DNA of 63,932 nucleotides, filler included, from Diploschistes diacapsis (GCA_023645945.1; 29 parts of 29 records of this genome joined end to end with filler, not necessarily neighbours in it), one strand, 5' to 3'; counted from the whole stretch's first letter, positions 37,475-50,369 are shown. The notes: a model not told the origin generated them from the letters alone. Numbers and translations: made by a program.

Positions 37475-38089
37475 CTTGTTTTAACTTTAATATTGAAAAA
37501 TTCGAAAATAGAATCCGAAATATCATCCGTTCCGAATACTCGTAATTTAAATAAAAAATTTTAATTTCCGGCTGCGATTATCGGCGCCCTTCTACCGTGT
37601 AATTTGATTAAGTATCACGATTTTATTAAAAAGCGCGTATAATTGTTAATCATTTACGAACTTAGATAAAATACTCGTAATAAGATCAGTATCGAAAAGA
37701 ATCTTTTTACCGATAGGAAGGAATTAATGAAAGTTTTAAATAAAGTAACGTTTAATTTATTAAAAGAGAATTATGGTTCAGACGTTATAACAGGTTTTTT
37801 AATATTAATTTAAAATAGTTATTTTAATAAAACCATCGACGTTTTATCGATAATAAGGTACGCGCGGTAGTCTTATTCTTGTTATAATCTCGTTTTAATA
37901 TTAAAGTTTCACTGAATTAATTTATATTAACTTATAAATAAGCGTAGCGCGTTATATAACGTTCTATTTTTAATATTAAAAGCAGTAACGCCCGTAAAAA
38001 CGTTACGTAAAATAAGATCGAGTTTATTAAAACGGCGTACCTATTATAATAAATGCGTAAAAATAATAACGATAAGATACGATTTACTC
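37475..38089 (-). mobile_element. Helitron-type PIF1 helicase fragment (RIP-mutated)
   Basis: FTGVTAFNIKNRTLYNALRL, YLIIDKTSM, a degenerate FGGLNV.LFGDF.Q.PP and NQITR*KG, corresponding to PIF1 motifs. Confidence 0.75.
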
Positions 38090-38708
38090 NNNNNNNNNNN
38101 NNNNNNNNNNNNNNNNNNNNNNNNNNNNNNNNNTTAATTAATTAANNNNNNNNNNNNNNNNNNNNNNNNNNNNNNNNNNNNNNNNNNNNTAATTATTTTG
38201 ATAACTCGAATTGCATATTTTCTGTCGTTAATTATTTTGAAGGTTAATCGGATCTGTTTTTTGAACCCCGTAAAGTTTTTAAACATTTCGTAATTGTTTT
38301 TTTGACTTTTTAAGTATACGTCGAGGTAAGGTTTTATTTATATTAATGCGCGGTTACGTATGAATCTTACAACGAAGATTGTTCGTTTCTTTTAGTCGTT
38401 TATGATATACGGGTTTTAATAGAAGTATATTGAAAATTAAAATATCTAGTGTTTTAGTTTCTTTCGGTTTTCGTGGAACGTTATTAGTTTTGTAACTTTT
38501 ATAATAGGTTTTTTGTATAATTTATTTTCGTTAAGTTTATCGTTACTTTCGGAATCATCGTTTTTAACTTCCGTAGTATTCGTTATGGGGACATCGGTTT
38601 TATTCGGTAGCGTCGTTGTTTTAAGTGTTCGAAATAGTGCGGATCTAGTTATCGGTGACGATTGCTCGGTTGTGTTGTTAATAATATTTATTTTTAAGGA
38701 TGTTTAAG

Positions 38709-39161
38709 TATTATAATCTTTATTTATATAAGATATACACGAGTAGGATTAAGATAGGTTTGGTCTCTATTAGAAGAAGAATGTAATAGAAGAAAAAGAT
38801 AAAGTAGTTATAAATCTTGGACTGTTTCTGGAAAGAAGGTTCTAAGGTGATAAAAGTAACGAATATAGATTGATTTTGAGTAATAATTTAAAATGTTTAT
38901 AAAAATGAACACGTCTTGGATTTATAGAGGCCATAACGACGTTCTTATATAATTAGCAGTTTTTTTAATAAAATAGATGAATAAATGAATAAAATTACCG
39001 TTTTTTTTTTTATTTACGATTAAGTAGAATGATTTTTCAGATTTTTTACTTATCACGTGACCCGTGTTACCCTGATTGGATTATATATAAGGAGTGGTTG
39101 GGAAGTGCCCGACTAGCTGTTGCGTGCTAAGTACTACCGACTAGTACCTTGGATCGTAACA
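38709..39161 (-). mobile_element. LTR family A, full-length
   Basis: RIP-mutated start TATTATAATCT, end GGATCGTAACA. Confidence 0.85.
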
Positions 39162-39613
39162 TATTACTGGCAAACGAGAACGGAATAATAAAAGATATTC
39201 GTCGGTTAAAACCTTAAGGAGCCATATCGCGCTAATCGCCAGCGAGTAAGAAATGACTAACGACGTTAAATTAAAATTATCTCGAATCAGCATTCTAAAG
39301 AGCTATAAAGAGGCCATCAATAACCCAATCTTTAAGAAAGAATAGAAGGAAGCAATAAGAAAGGAAATCGATTTTTTATTCCTGAATTAGACTTAGATTG
39401 AACTACCTGAATTAAAGAATACTAATATAATAAGCTTAAAATGGGTATTCGACGTGAAATATAATTTCAATAACGATATTAAGAGGTTCAAGATTAGATT
39501 AATCGTAAAAGGATTCTCGTAGTAGAAAAGAATCGATTTTAACGAAATATTTGTTTTTATTATTCGAGCGAACTTTTTACGTATCTTATTAATAATTATC
39601 GCAGTAAAAAATC
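39162..39613 (+). mobile_element. Copia RT fragment
   Basis: KSYKEAINN..KWVFDVKY..KRFKIRLIVKGFS**KRIDFNEIF. Confidence 0.9.
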
Positions 39614-39976
39614 NNNNNNNNNNNNNNNNNNNNNNNNNNNNNNNNNNNNNNNNNNNNTTAATTAATTAANNNNNNNNNNNNNNNNNNNNNNNNNNNNNNN
39701 NNNNNNNNNNNNNGAAATATAGTATCCGTGTCAATATCCGTGTTTTGAATTTTTTAATTGCGGTGTCCGTGTTCATGAATTTATAGAAATATAGTATCCG
39801 TGGTTTATATTTTTTTAGTTGCGGTGTCCGTGTTTATAAATTTACGGAAATATAATGTCCGTATTAGTATCCGTGTTTTAAAATTTTTAGCTGCGGTGTC
39901 CGTGTTAGTGTCCGTGTTTTAAAGTTTTTTGTTGTAGTGTCCGTGTCAGTGTCTGTGGCACGAAACGGCCAGCCTA

Positions 39977-40200
39977 GAAAGAACTATATATCGATATCTT
40001 AAAAGGTTATAGATAGAATACGCGTTCAGACGGAATCCCGATTAGAATTAAAAGAAAAGAAAAGGCGAAAACTTTTTTCTTAATTAGTAAAACATAAGGC
40101 CCGAATAAAGAGATTACGAAAGACTTTTAAATTAATCGAAAAGATCTATAAAATAGGCGAAATACCTTATTAATCAATTAAATAAAGAGACGGAGGCGGC
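39977..40200 (+). pseudogene. C-terminal half of the antisense Cys-cluster ORF (paralog of 2705-2930)
   Basis: Near-collinear with 2705-2927. Confidence 0.65.
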
Positions 40201-40302
40201 TAACGATCCGAACAATAATATGATACTTACGGGTAACCCGTAAGACCTATAACTGTTAACGACTATATCGCCGTCATAAATAAACTAAAAATTAAAAAAT
40301 GA

Positions 40303-41137
40303 TAACGTGTTTCACGGGGATTCCGGCCACCCTCAGATTCCGGTTACCTTAAATCACTACCGTCAATATTCTACGGTTTTTAGATACAATCTGTTCGTCG
40401 TAATTAGAATCTAATCGATCTGAATCGAATTTATCTTCTTACTTTTTATTCTCTTCGATTGTAGAAACGCGACGACGTTTTTTACGCGTTGTAAGTCGTT
40501 TTGAAACTATTCGACTCGATTTAACCCGAGCTGTTATTTTAAGAATTTTGTTTATGCTAAATATAAAACGATCTTTTAATTCGATTCGTTTATTTGATTT
40601 ACGTTTTTTACGATTATTAAGAAACGTTTTTTATTTTCGGTTTTCTTTACGAAACGTTGTGAATTTAATATACGTCGATTTAAGTATACGGGTTATTCGA
40701 TTCGAATAGCGTTAAATCGGGTTAATTAGTTCTAAAACGGCTCGTAACGTCTAATTAAATTTTTTATTAACCTTTCGCAATTCGGTCGCATTTGATAAAG
40801 AATTATACAATAAGAATAAATCTAAATCGAATTGATTCGAGGTTAAAAAAGGGTTATAAAATAGAAATAAAGGGATCCGATAGGTCGAATAAAGCTTATT
40901 AAACACGATTATAAAACTAATAAATCATAATCTAATACCTATAAAACTTATTTAAACGTTTCGATTCGTAATAACTCGATTCCGAATTATTAAAAACAAT
41001 TCGATCTATTCCGAGCGTATCATATGCGATCCATTTAATCAAATAATTTAATCCGTTTTTTACGTTAACGCGCTTTTCAACGGCGAAAATACTGCGACAT
41101 CGAATAATTATAAAAGATAAAAATTATACGATAGTAA
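40303..41137 (-). mobile_element. pogo/Fot1 transposase 3' half and TIR
   Basis: LL*LFDVAVFSPLKSAL (QPLDV.VF.PLK DDE motif); TIR with TA. Confidence 0.88.
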
Positions 41138-41577
41138 NNNNNNNNNNNNNNNNNNNNNNNNNNNNNNNNNNNNNNNNNNNNTTAATTAATTAANNNNNNN
41201 NNNNNNNNNNNNNNNNNNNNNNNNNNNNNNNNNNNNNTTATATCGATTTTAGCTTCATAAACGAACTAAAATTTTAAAAGATTTTCCCGAAATATCTACG
41301 TAATATAACGGTTTTATAACGTAATTATAAATAAATATAATATATTTATTTTTCGTGCGTTGTTAATTATTATAAACTATTCTCGGTGTTTCGTTATAGA
41401 TAACTTTTAATATTTAAATAAAAATTAAGATCGAAGATATTTCGTGGCGTTAACAACGTGTTCGTTAAATACGGCTCGCTTACGAATAGCTTACGTCTTA
41501 TATTCCGTTTTAATTGTCGGAGACGTGGTTTGAATCTTTAGATTCGTTATTTCCGTAATTAGATCTTAGATTCTTTT

Positions 41578-42123
41578 TTATTTTAATAATTTCTGGCGTT
41601 TTCTTTTAAGGTGGGAAATATATTCTCGATTAGATCGCGAAGGGTTTACGTCCGATAGATACTTTTCTTCGATAATAGAATTTAATTGATTTCTTTCGTC
41701 TAATTTAAAAATTTCGACGGCGACGCGTTTCTTTTCGACGATTTTTTTTTTTCGCGAGGTCTCTGCGATTGCTGACCGTAAGGATTCCGTTAATGTCTCG
41801 TTATGCATTAATGATTCTCGTCGGGATAAAATAACGGTTTCCGTTAAATCTACGGTTGTTATCGATTTTTTAATATTTCGAGATACCGTCGCGGCCTTTC
41901 GTTTTCCTTTCGTCATTTTACCGGACTACTGTTTCATTAAAGGAAGAAAAATTAGAATTATAAAGGATAAAATACAATAATATAATAATAATAGTTATAA
42001 TATTCATAAACTAAACTCTAAAAAAAAAAAGAAGAGATCCTTTTATAAAAACTCCTTTTATGACCAGCGGCCTTGGCGCGGCGCTAGGACTGAGTTCCTC
42101 CGCTCGCCCGGAGGACTGTCACA
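41578..42123 (-). mobile_element. Probable LTR retroelement 5' end (short LTR starting TGTGACA) followed by a basic ORF
   Basis: GC-rich TG-initiated segment ~41994-42123 upstream of ORF 41578-41916 in RIP-mutated DNA. Confidence 0.4.
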
Positions 42124-43257
42124 GCTATCTGTTACAATTATCTAGCTCGGGTTGATTATATGGAGCGGGAGTAGGGGCCTTTAGGGTATTATGATCCTCG
42201 GTAGGAATAAATAATGTAAATTTAGTATAATTTAGCTGAACTTTTGTCTTTATCGTTAATACGTTTTTGGCGTGCGTAATTAATGCGTCTTTAACGTGAT
42301 TAATTGATTCGTCGTTAATATAAATAATTGACCCGTCGTTGATACCTTTAATATCAAGTATTAAATCGTTGGTTAAACGTCTCGATAGCTTTCGAATAAG
42401 TATTACGTTATCGTCCTCTTTATAGTTTTTAAGTAATTTTAGTTTTTGAAAAATAAGCGTTTTATTTTTTTTAAACTTGATTGAATTGGTTTTAATGATT
42501 TTTTAAATATCGGGTATTTAGATCTTATATTATTTATCGATATTAATATATCCGATCATTATATCTTATCTTATCTTATTTATCAACTTATTTTATCGTC
42601 CAAATAATAATTTAAGATTTACGTAATTATAACATCTTAATATTCAGATACGGATATTATNNNNNNNNNNNNNNNNNNNNNNNNNNNNNNNNNNNNNNNN
42701 NNNNTTAATTAATTAANNNNNNNNNNNNNNNNNNNNNNNNNNNNNNNNNNNNNNNNNNNNGTATTAATATCAATATTTTAAAATTTTTAATTATAATGTC
42801 CGTGTCCGTGTTTTTAATATAATATAATATCCGTGTAAATGTCCGTATCGAAAAATTTTTTATTACGGTGTCCGTGTCCGTGTATTTATCGAAATATTTT
42901 AAATTATTTTTTTAATTTTAATAATTCTAGAATTATTACGTTTATTTTTTATACTTTTATTTTTTTAAAAAATTTTTATTGCGGTATTTCGGTGGATTTA
43001 TCGTAATATTTCGGTAGATTTACGGAAATGTAGTATTCGTGTTAATATTAATATTTTAAAATTTTTAATTATAGTGTCCGTGTTCGTGCTTTTATTGTAG
43101 TGTAGTATCCGTGTTAATGTCCGTGTTTTAAAATTTTAGCTGTCGTGTCTGTGTCAGTGTCCGTGTTTTGAAAATTTTTGCTGCAGTGTCTGTGTCAGTG
43201 ACCGTGGCACGAAACGGCCAGCCTAAACGAAACTAATCTCCCTCCCGTTTTTCAACA

Positions 43258-43760
43258 ATAGATCCTTCAGCTCGTCGTCAGCGCAAAATCACACACCGTA
43301 ATAAAAGAAAGGAACTTTCCCGTCTCGCCGACGAGATCGAATCCTTTCGATACTTTCCCGAGATAGCCTATAATTCTTACTTAATCTTTAATCACCTTTA
43401 CTTTATAGCTCCTTCTAATATTAACGTTGGTTCTAATAAATATTCTAAATATATCCGTTTAAAAAGGCCTTATTTCTTTCGCTCATAATTTTCGTTAAAT
43501 AAGATCCGTAATTAACAAACCGCGAAATTATTATTTCTAAAACGGGATCGCGATTAAAAATTTAAAGAACTTTCCGAGATACAAATAAGATTTAATAGAG
43601 AACGTAAGGTTTAAGAATTAACGTAGAAGGAAGCGATCACGAAAACCAGTTATTTTACTCAATAATTAAAGGACGATAACGAAAATCTATTAATAAAAAA
43701 TACTCTCGCATCGACGGATTTTTAAATAAAGTTATTCGATCTTTAGTCTGTTATCGAAGT
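43258..43760 (+). pseudogene. Antisense Zn2Cys6-like plus coiled-coil ORF convergent on the chromodomain
   Basis: 43369-43473 reads Y-x2-Y-x6-Y-x13-Y-x2-Y-x6-Y; all six codons are TAT/TAC, i.e. TGT/TGC after G>A. Confidence 0.72.
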
Positions 43761-43829
43761 CCCTAAAGATATAAATATAACATAAAAAACATTATTTATA
43801 TATTTTCCTTTCCTTGGCCTTCGAATTTA

Positions 43830-44183
43830 ACTTTCCTTCTTTTATCTTTTATAAGCTCTAACCTTCTGTTTATAGTGTTATAAATTCTCGATAGGTTCTC
43901 ATATGTTCTATTCCGATGGGTATCCTTTTTATTTAATAAGGAACCCTCTAGAACCATCATCTAGAATCTTCTCGACTTCGTATTCGTTTTCGTTATCTAA
44001 TTTAAAATAGAAGGTATCTTATAACGATATATCGAGATATACAGATTTAAAGTATCGTAAATAAAATATTAAATGGATTTTCGCGTCTTTTAATAATTTA
44101 AATCGATAATTAACTCGTTTAATTTCATCCGATATGACGGGTTATTTATCGATAAAGAAGAATCCGACTTTAACGTAATCTAA
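43830..44183 (-). mobile_element. Gypsy integrase C-terminus and chromodomain
   Basis: LDYVKVGFF..VNYRFKL..IH; NEYEVEKILDD..FLIK*KGYPSE*NI*EPIENL. Confidence 0.9.
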
Positions 44184-44707
44184 NNNNNNNNNNNNNNNNN
44201 NNNNNNNNNNNNNNNNNNNNNNNNNNNTTAATTAATTAANNNNNNNNNNNNNNNNNNNNNNNNNNNNNNNNNNNNNNNNNNNNAATACTTCTATAGATAT
44301 TATATTATAATGAAAGTACGGACACGGACATTACGGCTGAAAATTTTAAAACACGGATACTGCCACGGCCGTGTCCGTGACGGCCAGCCTAATTTTAAAT
44401 ACGCGGGCAATCTTTCGAATGCTAGTATATTGTTGTGATTTTAGGGCTTATAAATAGTCTTTGATATTAAATTTTATTAGAATCGAATTATTATTATACG
44501 AGGTAGTCATTATTAAGAAAGATCCAATGTAAGATAAAAATAATAATTTGAGGTGGCCGGAATCTGGGGATGACCGGAATCCCCGTGAAACACGTTATTC
44601 GACGTTCAGAAAGTTATCAAGATTAGTTTAGTTAAGTTTAAAGAGAATAAAATATTTATTTATTAAGAATTAAGATTATCTAAAAGTTACAAGAAGGGCG
44701 ATAACGT

Positions 44708-45435
44708 AATATCCGTTCGGAAGTTATCGGGACGTTTAACGAACGATTTAGTATCTAATATCGAAAGCATTAAAAACGTAGTCACGATAAAAGTAAAGAT
44801 TTAGTTAAATGATACTAAATCTTTATCATTTAAACCTACGATAAATCATAATATTTTAAAGGTTTCTATTTCCGCTCCCTATGATTAACCCGAATTAAAT
44901 AAGGATGGCCGACGGTTAATAAAGAGATTCTTACGGGTCGAGATTTTTAGCACGTGAATCTGAATCTGAATTTAAATTTATTGAATCGAATATATTATTA
45001 AAGCTTTTTACGTTAACAACGAGTATTGAACACGCCATTGATAATTTAATTACGTATGTAATATTTATTAACGCATCTCAACAACGTCTAGTATATAGGA
45101 TTCTTAAGCAATGGATAACATGAACGACGCTTTAATGATTATGAATGTTTAGGGTATTAGAAAGTTATATCACATGAATGCCGTTATTGGTAAGCAATAG
45201 CGGGATGTCGAGTAATTTTTATTAATTAAAGTATTGAGAAGTTATATGACGTTTATGATTAATAAATAGGAAATGGCGAGCGACGTTGATTCAAAACCGA
45301 CGCGTGTTAGTATTTTATAAAATTATAGAAAAGCCGTGAATGATCTAATTTTCGGGTAAGAATGGGAAGTAGTAGTAAATAGAAAAATCGACTCTTTATT
45401 ACTGAATCAGACCTGGACTGAACCACCGGAACCAC
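44708..45435 (+). mobile_element. Copia pol fragment, interrupted at 45436 by MITE B
   Basis: Paralog of 9166-10080 lacking the solo LTR. Confidence 0.85.
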
Positions 45436-45805
45436 TAGGCTAGCCGTTTCGTGCCACGGTCACTGACACGGACATTACAGCAAAATTTTTCAAAACATGG
45501 ACACTGACACGGACACTATAATTAAAAATTTAAAACACGGATACTAACACGGACATTATATTTCCGTAAATTCACGGACACGGACTCCGCAATTAAAAAA
45601 TTTAAAACACGGACATTAACACGGACACTATAATTAAAAAATTTAAAACACGAATATTAATACGGACATTATATTTCCGTAAACTTATTAATACGGACAT
45701 TATATNNNNNNNNNNNNNNNNNNNNNNNNNNNNNNNNNNNNNNNNNNNNTTAATTAATTAANNNNNNNNNNNNNNNNNNNNNNNNNNNNNNNNNNNNNNN
45801 NNNNN

Positions 45806-45930
45806 ATTATAATGATTAATAAAGATTTTCGAATTTTTAATACGCGAAAGAATTACGGATCGTTAACCTTTATTAATCGCGGACGATTATAAAAGTTATA
45901 TTCGAACCGATTTTATTATTTATTTATTAT
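45806..45930 (+). mobile_element. pogo DDE fragment
   Basis: LLIADDYKSYIRTDFII, equivalent to LLI.DGH.SH after RIP. Confidence 0.65.
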
Positions 45931-46253
45931 ATTTATTTATTATTTATAGATTTTTTAGTCGATTAATATTAACGTATTTTTCATGTTTAAGCGGCGATAT
46001 ATTAACGGGACGGATACAATTTTTCGATTGAATTTTTAACGTATTTTCGATTAAAATAAAATAAATTATTTATCGAAATACGGAAAAAGGTTTTAATTAT
46101 ATAAAATATTAAAGACGGATAACGAAAAATAAACTTAATATTAATTATTTATATTTATACGAATATTAAATTCTTTATTTTACGAAGCGATTTTAATTAT
46201 CATTTAACGCCGTATATCTTTCGAGATTATTGATTTAGATTATATTTTATTAT

Positions 46254-46804
46254 TGTAAGGCCTGCGGGGTTACACATCTGCCACCTACTACCACAGCCAC
46301 GCACCTACATATAGTGTAATAGGGAAACAGTGCTTCGGGATTACTGAAAGCATTGTAATTAGTCTTTTAGCTTAGTAAGATAACGCTACCTATTAGGCTC
46401 TACCCCCGCTATTATAGTTATACTTTTAATTCCTAGGTCGTTAATTCAAGCACAGCCTTATCATTTATGGGTCGAATTAATTGCGTATTATTATTACCTA
46501 CAAATGTGGATCTATTCGGGAACGTAATGAACATACTTAGGGGCTTCTGAATCATTATAGATAATTACGATAAACGGCTTAAAATATCCAACATACCCGA
46601 GGCGCTATATGAGACGTGACAGATGCGAGGTCAGTCAGTGCGCTGGGGGCCAGCACTGTAAGGAGGGGAGATAGTTGTAAGACCTGCGGGGTTACACATC
46701 TGCCACCTACTGCCACAGCCACGCACCTACATATAGTGTAATAGGGAAACAGTGATTCGGGGTTCCTGAAAGCATTGTGGTTAGTCTTTTGGCTCAGTGG
46801 GATA
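46254..46804 (+). mobile_element. TRIM family C2 (5' LTR 46254-46416, internal region, truncated 3' LTR from 46676)
   Basis: Direct LTRs starting TGTAAG; PPT AGGAGGGGAGA; internal ends shared with C1 and C3. Confidence 0.85.
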
Positions 46805-47365
46805 CGAATCTTTTAAAAATAAAAACCAGTGAAAAGTTTTAAATTATTTTATCGACGTTAATAAATTTAGTTCGTAATCGACGTCGTTTAATTTTCGTAA
46901 TACGTTATTAGGGCCGTTTTATTTATTATTTAACTTTTTATAGGCTCGGGTGATTCTAATATTACGTATATTCAACTAAATCGAATCGTCGGGATTAATC
47001 TTTTTAATAAAACGTCGATATTCGTCCGCGTATCGCTTTTATCGTTGTTAAATTAGTGTCATATATTTTTTAACGAAGTTTTAGATATCTTATATAGTTT
47101 CGACGATGGTATTAATATTTCGATTATTTATTCTTTCGCGGGTAATAACCTTTTATTTCGTTATTTTATCGATATCGAAAGATATCCTAAATTCATATTT
47201 TTTAATAACGAAAAACGATAAATAATTNNNNNNNNNNNNNNNNNNNNNNNNNNNNNNNNNNNNNNNNNNNNTTAATTAATTAANNNNNNNNNNNNNNNNN
47301 NNNNNNNNNNNNNNNNNNNNNNNNNNNCCCTTTCCCCCCCTCAATCTAATTCCGGCTCGAGAATC

Positions 47366-48748
47366 ATGCGCAAATCAGCCCTCAGCGCCCTCTGCAGATT
47401 CTCCCGCCGGCGGGAGTCCCTCCTCGAAGACCTCGTCCGCAAGCGGCGCCAGCAGCAGCAGCAGCAGCAGCAGTGCAGAGGCTTCCGCTGCTCGGCGAGA
47501 TGGCACGTCGTGAAGCCGTTTGTTTTGGCGGATATTGGCGAAGGTGAGTTCCTTCTTTTTCTCCCTTTTCCTTCGTTTTGTTCATAAGCTTTGAAGTCCA
47601 AGTGGTGCTGGTCTGGGGCTCTTATTCTTGTTTGTGGAGGTGAGGTGGACGTGAAGGGCTGCCTGTGGGTTCCGTGATATGCATTGGATTATTTTAGATG
47701 GTGAGATCGTTGCACTTTGTGGGCTGATGCGTGGAGAGGGGGGATTAGGTATCAAGGAGGTGCAGATTATACAGTGGTTCGTGCAGCCCGGGGCCCGGGT
47801 GGAGCAGTTTGATAAGTTGTGTGAGGTGGCGAGCGATAAGGCTATTACGGAGGTATGCTTTGCTTTGCTTGCCCTGTGTGCTCTTCGGTTGTGTGGGCTT
47901 TGATTTTACGCATTATTGCTGTGGCCGGGTACTGATCGGGTGGTCAGATTACGTCGCGGTTCGACGGGGTCATCAAGAAGCTGCACTATGAGCCCGAGGC
48001 CATGGCGCAGGTAGGGAAGGTAAGTTTGGGCGTGGACGTAGCTGCTTCGAGCAAGGAACGATACTGACCAAAAACTAGCCTTTGTGTGATATCGATATCC
48101 AAGGAGAGATATCACCGGCAGACAAAGCGCTCATCACGCCTGACTCGGAAAAGCAAGACGAAAGCGAACCAGAAGCCCAAGAACCTCCTATGCCGATGGA
48201 TAAGGTCGCTCAAACTTCGCAAGCAGAAGCAAAGGACCCGCATCAGGCTCCAAAACAGTCACAAGGGCCTTCACAGAGAAGGGCCTCCAACCTCGCTACG
48301 CCCGCCGTCCGCGGTCTTTTGAAAGAGCATCGCCTCGACATTTCCGATATCAACGGCACAGGCAGAGACGGCCGAGTGCTAAAGGAAGATATACACACTT
48401 ACCTCGCCTCCCAGCATTCCTCCCCGGCACAAACCCCAGACACGTCTCCACCTACGAGGTCGCCCTCCGACACCATCCCATCCGCAGCCGCAGACCAGCA
48501 ACCCGAGACCTCCATCCCCCTAACGCCCGTCCAGCACGCCATGTTCAAAACAATGACCCGCTCCCTCTCCATCCCACACTTCCTCTACACAACCGACGTC
48601 GACCTCACAGATCTATCCTCGTTACGGCGACGCCTCAACGCAGCACCTCCTCCCACCCCACCAACCCCAGCATCTTCCGATCCCTCCAACCACCCAATCC
48701 CAAAACTAACCGCCCTTCCCTTCATCATAAAAGCCCTCTCCCTAACCC
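47366..48748 (+). CDS. DBT: Branched-chain alpha-keto acid dehydrogenase E2 (dihydrolipoamide acyltransferase), 3'-truncated
   Basis: LADIGEG, QWFVQPG..QFDKLCEVASDKA lipoyl domain, ATPAVR..GTGRDGRVLKED E3-binding domain, MFKTMTRSLSIPHF. Confidence 0.92.
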
Positions 48749-48848
48749 NNNNNNNNNNNNNNNNNNNNNNNNNNNNNNNNNNNNNNNNNNNNTTAATTAA
48801 TTAANNNNNNNNNNNNNNNNNNNNNNNNNNNNNNNNNNNNNNNNNNNN

Positions 48849-49112
48849 ATTTATTTATTAATCTATTTTATTAAATAATTAATTATATATAAATACCGCT
48901 ATAGCTCCTATAAGTTAAAACTTGTTTATTTTTATAAATATCTTTAGCGATTATTCGAGATCAATTTATATTCGTTATTTTTTATTAACGGATAGTAATC
49001 TTACTAAAAATTAGTATAGATTTATAACCGATCCTATTTATTCTTCTGCCACACTTCTTTTCTAATAGAGACCAAATACATCTTAATCAATACCTCGTGT
49101 CTACATTGTAGA
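48849..49112 (+). mobile_element. LTR family A fragment, cut off by the TRIM array
   Basis: Matches family A up to CTACATTGTAGA. Confidence 0.8.
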
Positions 49113-50145
49113 TGTAACAGCGGGGGTAGTGCCTAATAGGGTAGCGCTATCCCACTGAGCCAAAAGATTAACACAATGCTTTCAGGAACCCCGAAACACT
49201 GTTTCCCTATTACACTATATATAGGTGCGTGGCTGTGGTAGTAGGGGGACCTGAACCCTAGGGCGCATCTTTGGGCGTTATAATTATCTTTCTTCTTTAT
49301 ATTGTTAGCCCCCAGCATCTATTACGTCTCATATAACGCCCCGAGTATGTTAGATATTTTAAGCCGTTTCTAACACCTACGTTATAGATTCAAAGGCGGG
49401 GTTATTTAATCGTATTTAAGGTTAACCGCATGTTTCATATAACGTCAATCCCGTAAGATAGCACGTTCAACCGTAACGTAATAAATTCGACAGATTATTC
49501 ACGCTCGTGCTCGAATTAATGATCTAAGAAATAAAAGCATAATTATAACAACGGAAGTAATATTTAATAAGATAACGCTATCCTACTGAATTAAAAGATT
49601 AATATAATGCTTTCAGGAACCCCGAAGCACTGTTTCCCTATTACACTATATGTAGGTGCGTGGCTGTGGCAGCAAGGGGACCTGAACCTTAGGACGCACC
49701 TTTAGACGTTACAGTTATCTCCTTTCCCCACAGTGCTGGCCCTTTAATACTTATTACGTCTCATATAGCGTTCCGAGTATGTTAAATACTCTAAACCGTT
49801 TCTAATATTTACGTTATAGATTTAGAGGCGGGGTTATTCAGTCGCATTTAGGGTTAACCGTATGTTTTATATAACGTTAATTCCGTAGGGTATCACGTTT
49901 AACCGTAACGTAATAAATTCGACGTATTACTTACGCTCGTGCTCGAACCAACGATTTAGGGAATAAAAGTATAACTATAATAGCGGGGGTAATGTTTAAT
50001 AAGCTAGCGTTATCTCACTAAGTTAAAAGATTAATACAATACTTTCAAGAACCCCGAAGCACTGTTTCCCTATTACACTATATGTAGGTGCGTGGCTGTG
50101 GCAGCAGGGGGACCTGAACCCCAGGGCGCACCTTTGGGCGTTACA
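49113..50145 (-). mobile_element. Tandem-array TRIM (family C3): LTR-int-LTR-int-LTR
   Basis: LTRs at 49113-49282, 49544-49713 and 49976-50145; two ~262-bp internal units; minus-strand PPT GGGGAAAGGAGA. Confidence 0.9.
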
Positions 50146-50369
50146 ATATTCGAAACAAAATAATAAGATTATTTAAATTAAACGGTTTAATCGCGATATT
50201 TATCGAGCATTAATTAAACGAAAAGCCGTAAATAAATAATATCCGTATTTAAAAGTTAAGATGTTATAANNNNNNNNNNNNNNNNNNNNNNNNNNNNNNN
50301 NNNNNNNNNNNNNTTAATTAATTAANNNNNNNNNNNNNNNNNNNNNNNNNNNNNNNNNNNNNNNNNNNN

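Noticed and set aside
49113..50145. CRISPR-like repeat-spacer array
   Set aside because: Repeats are 170 bp with TG..CA ends and the 'spacers' are homologous to each other and carry a PPT; this is a TRIM array in a eukaryote.
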